From a virus (Duplodnaviria; Caudoviricetes), in the IMG/VR virus record IMGVR_UViG_3300005611_000050, positions 1 through 47,018 of that record: DNA of 47,018 nucleotides. One strand, written 5' to 3'. A model generated the notes under the pieces. It was given only the letters and a program-made list of their open reading frames with translations, was not told where the DNA came from and made no database searches. Positions 34,118-43,222 of the stretch are shown piece after piece. Position numbers and translations under genes: made by a program. The first letter of the stretch is position 1. Each line of letters begins with the position of its first letter.

Positions 34118-34320
34118 GTACCCGCGAGAAAGTGTTAAGGAAACTCAAAAGAACGTACATAAAAATGCTGAGACATTATGCGCTTCGACATATGGAGAAG
34201 GCACATAAGCTCGAAGACAAGGCGATGCTGTTAGAACTGAAGCTCAAGGACCAACGCCGATTGGTTGATGAGATTGACGAAGGATTCGATGCGCTGAAGG
34301 AAAAAGAATATGCAGAGTGA
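34114..34320 (+). CDS. Hypothetical coiled-coil protein
   Basis: ATGA overlap; GGAGGAG RBS. Confidence 0.65.
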   Translation: MSTREKVLRKLKRTYIKMLRHYALRHMEKAHKLEDKAMLLELKLKDQRRLVDEIDEGFDALKEKEYAE

Positions 34321-35833
34321 ACAGTTAATCTTTGGACCCCCAGGGTGCGGGAAGACGTACACCCTGATGGAAATCATCCGTAAGGAAATGGAGTCAGGAA
34401 CACCTCCAGATCGTATTGGGTTTGTCTCCTTTAGCCGTAAGTCAATCGCCGAGGCCCGAGATAGGGCGGGTGCAGAACTGAACCTCACAGAGCAGGATAC
34501 GCCGTATTTTAGAACGCTTCACTCAATGGGGTTTCACTGGCTGGGCATGAAGACAGAAGAGCTAATTGGTGTTTATGATCTAAAGCAGATCGGTGCGTCG
34601 ATGGGTATGGCGTTCGATACTCGTGATGTCTACGACAAGGACGGGGTAATGCAATTGTCTGCGAAAGAGGGCAATAAATACCTGACGCTGATCCAGCGAG
34701 CCACCATGCGGATGATTCCCCTCGAGCAGGAATACAACGAAGCGGGCGACTACAACATCAAGTGGCCGCTGCTTGAAAAGCTAAACAAGGTGTACGCATC
34801 CTACAAGCAGGAGACCGGTAAGTTTGACTTCACAGACATGATCAAGCTGATGGTCGAGCAGGGCCGAGGTCCGAGCCTCGATGTCCTGATTGTCGATGAA
34901 GCACAGGACTTGACCCCACTACAGTGGGAGCAGGTCAAAGTATTACGGTCCAATGCCAAACGGATCTGGTATGCAGGCGATGATGATCAGGCAATTTTCC
35001 GCTATACCGGAGTTGATGTCCGACATATGCTCGGCATATGCGATAACGTCCGTGTCCTTAATCAGTCGTACCGTGTACCAATGAGTGTACATACATTGTC
35101 TGCACAGCTCGCCAGTCGTATTTCCCGGAGACAGCCAAAAGAATGGAGGTCCACGGATCATGAAGGGTCGATCAATTACCACATGGGTGTACACGAAATC
35201 GACATGAGCGAGGGTTCTTGGACGGTTATGTCGAGAACAATGGCAAATTTAAACAAGTTAGGTGAGCAACTCGAGGGTGCGGGGATTCTGTATAAGAAAA
35301 ACGGCAGGCTGTCCTTTGATGAGGACAACCTGAAAGCCATGCACTTATGGGAAGATTTGCAGAACGGGGAGTTCATCAGTCCTGCTGAGGCATCCAAGTT
35401 ATATGAATGCTTGCCTAAGCGTGGTGATGCAGCTCGTGTGAAGTACGGTATGGCAAAGACTCTGCAAGAGTGTGACCCACTTAAACCATTGACACATAAG
35501 GCTTTAGTCGATGAACATGGTCTTTTGGCCGATATCAAGATGCCTGCTGAAGATTTGCTGAAACTATCGTCAGATGAAAAACAATACTTAAGGGCTATCA
35601 AACGTCGGGGTGGGATCACTGCCGATCCTGCAATCAAACTCAGCACGATTCACCGCATGAAAGGCGGGGAGGATCAGAACATTGTTTTGATGACAGACAT
35701 GGGGTACATGCCGCATAAGACACTGCAGGAAACCCCTGACGATGAGCACCGTGTGTTTTACACAGCAGTGACTCGGACCAAAGAGAACCTTCACATCGTA
35801 GATGCAGAGAGCAAACACAGGTATCCATTATGA
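34310..35833 (+). CDS. UvrD/Rep-like SF1 helicase
   Basis: GPPGCGKT, VDEAQD, GDDDQAI, QSYR, STIH..KG.E and FYTAVTR. Confidence 0.92.
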   Translation: MQSEQLIFGPPGCGKTYTLMEIIRKEMESGTPPDRIGFVSFSRKSIAEARDRAGAELNLTEQDTPYFRTLHSMGFHWLGMKTEELIGVYDLKQIGASMGMAFDTRDVYDKDGVMQLSAKEGNKYLTLIQRATMRMIPLEQEYNEAGDYNIKWPLLEKLNKVYASYKQETGKFDFTDMIKLMVEQGRGPSLDVLIVDEAQDLTPLQWEQVKVLRSNAKRIWYAGDDDQAIFRYTGVDVRHMLGICDNVRVLNQSYRVPMSVHTLSAQLASRISRRQPKEWRSTDHEGSINYHMGVHEIDMSEGSWTVMSRTMANLNKLGEQLEGAGILYKKNGRLSFDEDNLKAMHLWEDLQNGEFISPAEASKLYECLPKRGDAARVKYGMAKTLQECDPLKPLTHKALVDEHGLLADIKMPAEDLLKLSSDEKQYLRAIKRRGGITADPAIKLSTIHRMKGGEDQNIVLMTDMGYMPHKTLQETPDDEHRVFYTAVTRTKENLHIVDAESKHRYPL

Positions 35834-36081
35834 GTGGTAAAGGCGACACCTACCGTCCGGTAGACAAAGACAAGTTCGAGCAGAACTTTGACAGAATATT
35901 TGGCAAGAAGGAGCACGAGCATGCTGAGGCGATGCGGGCGTTTGCGGCGGGTGAAAAGCTTGAGTTCCGCCCGAAGAAGACAGCGTCAAATTACGGTTCA
36001 ACAGACGAGTGGTTCGCCTGTGACAACCCAGACTTTCACCACAACTTCGAGTATAGGATTAAACGTGATGTTAAAAGCTGA
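35830..36081 (+). CDS. Hypothetical protein
   Basis: 83 aa; ATGA overlap. Confidence 0.65.
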   Translation: MSGKGDTYRPVDKDKFEQNFDRIFGKKEHEHAEAMRAFAAGEKLEFRPKKTASNYGSTDEWFACDNPDFHHNFEYRIKRDVKS

Positions 36082-36331
36082 CGGTTTCGATGACTGCATC
36101 TTAGGGATAGCAGAGGTGTGGGACGGCAATGAACGGGTTCACCGTATCGTGTATGACGCATTGAAGATGATTGATGTCTTAATGGACAAAGATGGTATGA
36201 GTCATGAGGAGGCTGTCGAGTACTTTGAATACAACATTGATTGTGCTTACTACGGGAAAGAAACCCCAGTTTACATGTTCCATAGCAACCTGAAGATGAT
36301 AGAAGAAATGGCGGAGATTTTGGATGACTAA
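36068..36331 (+). CDS. Conserved phage protein
   Basis: MLKADGFDDCILG...EEAVEYFEYNI..AY.G..TP; start placed at 36068. Confidence 0.75.
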   Translation: MLKADGFDDCILGIAEVWDGNERVHRIVYDALKMIDVLMDKDGMSHEEAVEYFEYNIDCAYYGKETPVYMFHSNLKMIEEMAEILDD

Positions 36332-38222
36332 AGATACAAGCACGATCAACTGGATCGACAGACAAGAACTAGATCAGATCGAAGTTGATTGGTGCGCTCC
36401 GGAGGTCTTCCCTGACCTCTCCCAATCCAAGATCATCGCAATTGACTTGGAGACATGTGATCCTAATCTCATGACCCTAGGGCCAGGATGGGTACGGAAC
36501 GACGGTTTCGTAGTAGGAGTTGCGGTCGCCGCTGGAGATTTCAATGCCTACTATCCGATCAAGCATCAGAATGGCGGAAACATCTCAGAAAACATTGTGA
36601 TGAAGTGGCTGAAGAAGCAGATGGCTACACCACATATCCCGAAAGTTTTCCACAACGCGACGTACGATCTGGGTTGGTTAAAGTGGGCAGGGGTCGAGGT
36701 CCAAGGAAAGATTCTCGATACCATGATTGCCGCGCCTCTATTGAACGAGAACAGATTCACATATTCACTGGATTCGTTAGGTCGTGACTACCTTGGCGAG
36801 CGGAAGAATGAGAAGCTTCTCCGTGCTGCAGCAAAGGAATGGGGTATCGACCCGAAGGCAGATATGTGGAAGCTACCTGCCAAGTATGTGGGGAGATATG
36901 CAGAACAGGATGCGGCACTGACACTCCGTCTTTGGAACCACTTTGAAGGCGAGTTGCAGAAGAATGAACTGACCCACATCTTTGAGTTGGAGACTAGCTT
37001 AATTAAGTTGATGCTAGAGATGCGTTCTCGTGGCGTTCGCGTAGACTTAGATCAAGCGGACCGCACAAAGCGTGATCTATCCAAGCGGGAGACAGAGATA
37101 AAGAATGAAATCAAGCGGCAAACAGGAATTCTGGTCGAGCCCTGGGTGGCAACAAGCGTGGCCGCAGTGCTGGGATACTATGGAATTGACTGCCCAAAGG
37201 CGGAGAACTCGAAGCAGCCGTCTATTACAAAAGCGTTCCTGCAAGCATGCCCTCATGAGGTCGCCGGGCAAATCCTCAAGCTCCGAGAGCTGAACAAAGC
37301 CAACAATACGTTTATTGACTCAATCCTGCGGTACGAGAACAACGGTAGAATTCACTGCGAATTCAATCAGTTACGGTCAGATGATGCGGGAACAGTGACG
37401 GGTCGTTTCAGCTCGAGCAACCCGAACCTTCAACAGATCCCAGCACGGGACCCAGAACTAAAGAAAGCCATCCGTGGCCTATTCATTCCGGAAGAGGGTG
37501 AGAAGTGGGGGTCGTTTGACTACTCTTCTCAGGAGCCTCGTCTGTTGGTGCATTATTGCTCTGTTCTCGCCGACAAACGGCCAGACCCACTTGTCAATAA
37601 GTTGGTCGATGCGTACCACGCTCGTGACCCAGACTTCCATCAGATGGTGGCTGACATCACAGGGATCGAAAGAAAGCAAGCCAAGATGGTAAACCTTGGC
37701 ATCATGTACGGTATGGGCCGGGGTAAGTTAGCAAACACCTTAAATATCGACGAGCAAGAAGCTAAGGAATTGCTTGAGGTCTATCACAAAAAGGTTCCTT
37801 TCGTAAAAGGACTAGCAGATATGGTGTCTAACAGGGCGTCTAAACACGGTCAGGTTAGAACATTGTTAGGACGTAAGTGCCGGTTTGACCTGTGGGAACC
37901 TAACAGCTTTGGGTATAGGAAACCTTTGCAACACGAAGACGCAATCAAAGAGTATGGCCCCGGTATCCGTCGTGCATTCACATACAAAGCATTGAACAAA
38001 CTGATTCAGGGCTCTGCTGCCGACCAGACAAAGAAAGCAATGGCTGACTGTTACGCCGAAGGATTGATCCCCCTGCTGACAGTGCACGATGAACTCTGCT
38101 TCTCGGTAAGTTCCGAGGACCAAGCTTCGCGGATCAAGGAGATTATGGAGACTTGTGTGGACCTTCGGGTACCAAGCAAAGTGGATCAGGAGCTGGGGGA
38201 GAACTGGGGCGAGGTGGGTTGA
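36324..38222 (+). CDS. polA: Family A DNA polymerase with 3'-5' exonuclease domain
   Basis: Exo motifs DLET, HNATYD, YAEQD; TGRFSS..PNLQQIP; motif A DYSSQEPR, motif B KMVNLGIMYG, motif C VHDE. Confidence 0.96.
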   Translation: MTKDTSTINWIDRQELDQIEVDWCAPEVFPDLSQSKIIAIDLETCDPNLMTLGPGWVRNDGFVVGVAVAAGDFNAYYPIKHQNGGNISENIVMKWLKKQMATPHIPKVFHNATYDLGWLKWAGVEVQGKILDTMIAAPLLNENRFTYSLDSLGRDYLGERKNEKLLRAAAKEWGIDPKADMWKLPAKYVGRYAEQDAALTLRLWNHFEGELQKNELTHIFELETSLIKLMLEMRSRGVRVDLDQADRTKRDLSKRETEIKNEIKRQTGILVEPWVATSVAAVLGYYGIDCPKAENSKQPSITKAFLQACPHEVAGQILKLRELNKANNTFIDSILRYENNGRIHCEFNQLRSDDAGTVTGRFSSSNPNLQQIPARDPELKKAIRGLFIPEEGEKWGSFDYSSQEPRLLVHYCSVLADKRPDPLVNKLVDAYHARDPDFHQMVADITGIERKQAKMVNLGIMYGMGRGKLANTLNIDEQEAKELLEVYHKKVPFVKGLADMVSNRASKHGQVRTLLGRKCRFDLWEPNSFGYRKPLQHEDAIKEYGPGIRRAFTYKALNKLIQGSAADQTKKAMADCYAEGLIPLLTVHDELCFSVSSEDQASRIKEIMETCVDLRVPSKVDQELGENWGEVG

Positions 38223-38637
38223 TCCCATAATGGGACATGCACTCTGTCCAACTGTTCCACTCTAGGTCTTTCTCCATGAAGTCCAGTGGTTTCAGTCGCT
38301 TGGTTTTTACCTCTTTCAAATGAGAAACGGGTACAAAAAGTACCCGTTCTTGTGGGATTGCGACTAACGCGACGATGTCGCAGTCTTCTTGTGTTAACGG
38401 TCGTTTCGGCTTTAAACCTTTGGAAACACAGAACTGATAACCAAGACTTCTTGCATCACTCGCACTTTTATTGCCTTTGATATTACTGCCCTTGACCTGT
38501 ACTCGCCAAGTGTAGTCATAGGCAAAAGAAATAATGTCCGAAGTTCCGAGGTTCACGATCTCAGATTGTATGCCCATCTTGGCAAGACGGAGCAGACAGA
38601 TGACTTCACCTATCCGCCCCGTTTCGATTTCTTTCAT
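38143..38637 (-). CDS. PD-(D/E)XK endonuclease
   Basis: GRIGE...DII......RVQVK...DIVALV. Confidence 0.7.
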   Translation of the reverse strand: MKEIETGRIGEVICLLRLAKMGIQSEIVNLGTSDIISFAYDYTWRVQVKGSNIKGNKSASDARSLGYQFCVSKGLKPKRPLTQEDCDIVALVAIPQERVLFVPVSHLKEVKTKRLKPLDFMEKDLEWNSWTECMSHYGINPPRPSSPPAPDPLCLVPEGPHKSP

Positions 38638-38639
38638 GG

Positions 38640-39068
38640 TTAAAAGTCAGATGAATCCTCACCTGTCTCCATCATGTCACGGAGGCGTTCCGCTCGCGCT
38701 CCTACTTGTTTCGCCCAACGCGAGTCCATCATTTGGGCGGCGGCCTCCGGCCAGTCTTCTGCCTCGATGGCAGCAAGCATATTCTGAAATTGTTTAAAGC
38801 GCGGCATACCGAGGTTAAACACCATATCAACCACGACACGCATGCGGACATCATCAAGACCAGCAAACCAATCAAATGTACTAGCAAGCTCACTAGTAGC
38901 AATATCAACATCATTGTTAAGAATATAATCGATCTCGTCATCTGAGAGTCCGCGCTCTTCAATGTTGCGTCCCACACCGATGGTGAGGTATCCCGCGGTG
39001 CATTTGTATGGCTTGTGTTCTACGCCTTCGTGTAAACGAAGCTGTGCTGCTAGTCTTTCTCTATCCAT
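38640..39068 (-). CDS. Phage lysozyme (GH24, T4-like)
   Basis: HEG....PYKCTAGYLTIGVG, M.FNLG, DSRWAKQVG.RA. Confidence 0.9.
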   Translation of the reverse strand: MDRERLAAQLRLHEGVEHKPYKCTAGYLTIGVGRNIEERGLSDDEIDYILNNDVDIATSELASTFDWFAGLDDVRMRVVVDMVFNLGMPRFKQFQNMLAAIEAEDWPEAAAQMMDSRWAKQVGARAERLRDMMETGEDSSDF

Positions 39069-42000
39069 TACTTGGCTCCAAAGGTTGCTCTAGTGACTGG
39101 GTCGGGTACAAGAATAGGGGATACTTCATTACGAGGCTGTGAAGCTGGTGATGGAGCTGGAGCTACCGTATCCCCAAACATAGTTGTCCGTGGTGCTGTC
39201 TGAGGTCTAGGAGCTGGTGCCGGTGCCGGTGCCGGTGCTGAGGTATCCCCAAACATAGTTGTCCGTGGTGCTGTGGCCGGTGCGGGCGTATCCCCAAACA
39301 TAGTTGTCTGAGTCTCAACCGGCTCTTCTGGTCTTAACTTAATACCAAACATTTCATTGCGGATCTTAGCCAGCTCTGCTTCTGGCAGACGAGTAACAAG
39401 CCGAGGTTGTTTCCGCATGAAGGCTTCACGCGCAATGTCTTGCCGGAGATTGGTACTGATTTTGATAGGCTCAAAAACTCCTCGCATGACAGCATTTAAC
39501 TCGCGATTACCCACGTTAGCTTCTTTCTTCAAAGCATACCGGATGTCGCCGTCACTCATACCTAACTGACGGGCGGCTTCAACAACCTGCATTAATTTTG
39601 CCTGAGCACGATACAAATCTTGGTTCGTCCTGCGGTATGTATCAATGATTTCCTGTTCCGTCGCATCGTTCCGTTTGGCAACTGTTGAGAAGTTACCAAC
39701 AGCGTCTGTCCGAAGATCGGAGTATTCGTAGCCTCTGTAGAACAAAGTGTTCGGTAGATCAAGATCCATACGGCGAAGACCAGTCACGGCTGTTAACAGT
39801 TCTTCTTTTGTAGAACTCTCTTGACCTTGACGACCCGGTATCCCAAAGGCTGCCCGAGTTGCTCTTCCTGGAACAAACTCCCCGCCACGCTCAAGGGCAA
39901 ACTGTTCGATTAATCCTGGGTTAAAACCGCCAAGGATGTGGTTCATACTACGACGTAGCTGTGTTCCAGTGTCTTCAGACTTCCCGTAGATCTCTGCCCC
40001 GAACCCTGTCTTACCTCCGCGTCCAAAATAATTTTGCGGTAAAACATCCTGAATCCGTTCAGCAATTAAAGACTCACCTGCAAACGGCTCGAAGAATGTT
40101 TTGACTCCCTGCCATAACCCGGCAGTAAGGTTGGCAACCTCGTTGCTACTAACTTCGCCTTTTTCGTTGTATATCCGCAACGCTTGTCTAGCTGGTGAAA
40201 GAGCAAAGTCGTATGGGTTCATGTAACTAAAGTCGATGTATTGAAGCTTTCCTTTTTCCGGCTTGTTCAAAGGAATTAAAATGTGGCCGCGCAAGTATTC
40301 TGGCACCATCCGGTTTAGTGCTTCCATGTCTTCCGCAGTTGTTCCAGTCAACTCCATCGCTGCACCTTGTGCTGACCGTGGCACTACATACGCCATGCCA
40401 ACATAAGAGGTCATCCGCTGTGCGCCAATTGCTCTAATCTCTTTCTGCATTTGACGGGCGGCTTTTTCTCCAACAGCTTCGACAAGTTCAGGGGTTGCCT
40501 TGAACGACATTTCTTTTAATCCCTGATTAAAGATATTCGCTGTGTTACGAACGATTTCAGCAGGGAAAGCAACGAAGTTACCGACTAAAGGTATTCTACG
40601 GATCTGCTTAATCGCTTCTGGAACACGGGAATATGTCGGCATGGTTGCTTTGACGATGTCGGAAGAAAGCAAATCAAAGAAATGAACGTCATCCACAACT
40701 CCAGCAAGGCCCGAGGACCGAGGAGCAACGCCCGAGCGTATTAAAGATTCAACAGCAGCGGCAAACTTTGGAGCCTGTGAGTCGTCTAGATTGATCCCAG
40801 CCTTACGGAACGCGGCAGCGTATTTAGCTTTCTCCGCCAACATGCCTGAGATCTTCCAGAAAGTATCCGTTCCAGAATATATCTTCTGTAACCCACGGAC
40901 CCCTGGAGTCTTATCAAGGATCGTTTGTAATCCTGCAGCCATGCGACCCGAGTATTCAAGGTCTTTGCCTTCTCTTAACAGTTGACGGAATTCGTTGACC
41001 TGTAAGTTCTGATCTCGGACCCCGAGCTTACCAGTCATCTCATAGAATTTACGGAAATCATCATCAGCAAGGTCAGCAGCTTTACCCCAAGTCAAACGCC
41101 ATGAATCACCCAGCTCCATGTTCCGCATAACATTACCGTTCGCACCGAGAAAGAACGAACCAGACAAGAAGTTACGAACCTGAGCAAGTGGGTTCAGTAC
41201 GGTCTTTGCCATTTGCGACAAGCCTTTGGCTTGGAGTGAGATAGCTAGGGCTTCTCCAAGACCAGTTTGCGCTCTCATTGGTATGGTCAATGCGCTGTAC
41301 ACTTCAGGTGCTACATAGTCTCCGGAAAGGGAGCCATACTTACCACCAAAGGCAGATTTTTTGTCGAACGTCCCAAGCTGTTTGTAGCCTTGCCCAACAA
41401 GAAAATCGGCATCTGACGTAGAAAGATTTGAACTACTAACAACTAATGGGCGACCACCTGCGTTTATTGTTTCTCTTGCCCCAGCAATACCTTGCCGGTA
41501 TGTCGCGGCAAAGTTGTCATAGAGGTTATTAGACGCAACGATATTGGACAGGTCGCCAACCGTTCTTAAATACAATTCTTTCGGATCACGGCTTTGATTG
41601 ATCAGTGCTCGGAACGATGGTGCCTTGTCTAAGAAAGCTTTCCTGTCTTTCAATAAACCTTCAGAGATTTCATACAAGGGTTTACGGCCATCTGCACCAA
41701 GTGCTTTTGCCCCACTCTCCATGCTTTCTTTTCTGTTACGAATAGCCTGAACCGCATCTACTCCAGCATCGTTGATGTCACCTAAGAGTTCACCGTCGAT
41801 CATTCGAGCCGCATCTGCTGTGTAATCGTCTAGCTCTCGAAGCTCTTTCATAATCCCAGACTTAACGTAACTCTTATCCCTGTTCCGTAAAATCTTTGCA
41901 ACTTCCCCGACAGCGGACTTGTACATTGGCGTTTCTTTGATTGACCCATCAATTACTTTTTCAGGATCAAGCGCACCGTTGTAAATACGGCGGAGATAAC

Positions 42001-43222
42001 TACCTTTGTTTTCTTCCAACTCAGCAAGCAGTTTAGCTTTTAGTTTAGGGTCAAGTACTTCTTCAGAGACATTTTCGAGTTGGCGAGAAAGTATGTCGGT
42101 CAAGCCATCGATCTGGTCACGCATTGTTTGCCCTGCGGAAACAACTTCTTTCCCGTATACGTCGAGTGCCTGAGTATCGCCTTCCAAAAACCTAAGAAGA
42201 TCGTCGTGTGCTTTGGTGATCCCACCTTTACCCAGTCCAAATACACCTAATATGCCCTGACCCTTAACAACTTTCTTTGCTGCTGTATCAAACGCGGCAA
42301 GGTTTTTGGACGCTGCGTCTGTGAGTTCGTCAACCAAGGCTTCTGTTGATGTGAGGTCTTCGTACAATTCTCTCGGCGTTAGGCCAGCGGAAGTAAACCA
42401 TTTTTTCATGGTCTTGTTTTGTGCGAACTTATCGCCAAGCGCACTAAAACCTCTGCTGATTACGTTTGCAGCACTGCTAACTCCGGGTACTTGTGCGGCA
42501 CCACGAGCTACTCCACCAATAACAGGGAAAGCCACTTCAAAGGCACCTGAAATGCCTGCGCCTTCAGCACCTACTCTTAACTTGTTTCTGAACCGACGAG
42601 CGGCTTCATCGCGGCCCATTAACCCTGTGTCTTCTTCGGTGTTTAATGCTTCTGGTAATGCATCAAACCCGTCAGAAATGGTTGCTTGCCCGTCCTTTGA
42701 TACGAAAAGGTCCGCGACCCCAGCAGCAACGCTAGTGGTAACAGCCTGACGAGGACGAGAACTTAGTAGTGCTTTACCTGTTGCACTGGATCCGAGTGCT
42801 TCTGCAGCTCTGCCTAGCTTGCTGGTTGACTCAAGAACCTTCCCGCCTTGAGCGACACGGCTGGCTCTTGAAAGAAAACCAATAACAGGGATTGCGGCCC
42901 CGGCAAAGTTGACGATGCTTTCAGTCACTTGACCGGCGGTGCCTTGTGGACGAATGCCTAATGTGTCACGAACACTTTCAAACGCCCCGGTAACATCACG
43001 AGACGTGTTTGTATCAAAAGCGTAATCGATACCAAGAGCACCTAGTTCGGTGATCCCTTGTGGTATGGCGAGAAGCCCAGAAGCAGCTCCTTTTGATATG
43101 TCTTCAAAAGTACCAACCTCTTCTTCGGGCTGAGTTGGGGCTGGAGCTGCTGTGTCTCCAAACATTGTTTGGGTTTGAGACGGGGTTGTTACAGCCTCGT
43201 CCCCAAACATTGTCTTAGCCAT
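39068..43222 (-). CDS. Large internal virion/ejection protein
   Basis: 1384 aa, helical; last of four coupled ejection-type genes; TMFGD repeats at both ends. Confidence 0.7.
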   Translation of the reverse strand: MAKTMFGDEAVTTPSQTQTMFGDTAAPAPTQPEEEVGTFEDISKGAASGLLAIPQGITELGALGIDYAFDTNTSRDVTGAFESVRDTLGIRPQGTAGQVTESIVNFAGAAIPVIGFLSRASRVAQGGKVLESTSKLGRAAEALGSSATGKALLSSRPRQAVTTSVAAGVADLFVSKDGQATISDGFDALPEALNTEEDTGLMGRDEAARRFRNKLRVGAEGAGISGAFEVAFPVIGGVARGAAQVPGVSSAANVISRGFSALGDKFAQNKTMKKWFTSAGLTPRELYEDLTSTEALVDELTDAASKNLAAFDTAAKKVVKGQGILGVFGLGKGGITKAHDDLLRFLEGDTQALDVYGKEVVSAGQTMRDQIDGLTDILSRQLENVSEEVLDPKLKAKLLAELEENKGSYLRRIYNGALDPEKVIDGSIKETPMYKSAVGEVAKILRNRDKSYVKSGIMKELRELDDYTADAARMIDGELLGDINDAGVDAVQAIRNRKESMESGAKALGADGRKPLYEISEGLLKDRKAFLDKAPSFRALINQSRDPKELYLRTVGDLSNIVASNNLYDNFAATYRQGIAGARETINAGGRPLVVSSSNLSTSDADFLVGQGYKQLGTFDKKSAFGGKYGSLSGDYVAPEVYSALTIPMRAQTGLGEALAISLQAKGLSQMAKTVLNPLAQVRNFLSGSFFLGANGNVMRNMELGDSWRLTWGKAADLADDDFRKFYEMTGKLGVRDQNLQVNEFRQLLREGKDLEYSGRMAAGLQTILDKTPGVRGLQKIYSGTDTFWKISGMLAEKAKYAAAFRKAGINLDDSQAPKFAAAVESLIRSGVAPRSSGLAGVVDDVHFFDLLSSDIVKATMPTYSRVPEAIKQIRRIPLVGNFVAFPAEIVRNTANIFNQGLKEMSFKATPELVEAVGEKAARQMQKEIRAIGAQRMTSYVGMAYVVPRSAQGAAMELTGTTAEDMEALNRMVPEYLRGHILIPLNKPEKGKLQYIDFSYMNPYDFALSPARQALRIYNEKGEVSSNEVANLTAGLWQGVKTFFEPFAGESLIAERIQDVLPQNYFGRGGKTGFGAEIYGKSEDTGTQLRRSMNHILGGFNPGLIEQFALERGGEFVPGRATRAAFGIPGRQGQESSTKEELLTAVTGLRRMDLDLPNTLFYRGYEYSDLRTDAVGNFSTVAKRNDATEQEIIDTYRRTNQDLYRAQAKLMQVVEAARQLGMSDGDIRYALKKEANVGNRELNAVMRGVFEPIKISTNLRQDIAREAFMRKQPRLVTRLPEAELAKIRNEMFGIKLRPEEPVETQTTMFGDTPAPATAPRTTMFGDTSAPAPAPAPAPRPQTAPRTTMFGDTVAPAPSPASQPRNEVSPILVPDPVTRATFGAK
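39168..39308. repeat. Intragenic direct repeats (3 copies)
   Basis: GTATCCCCAAACATAGTTGTC at 39168, 39243 and 39288, encoding TTMFGDT. Confidence 0.85.
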
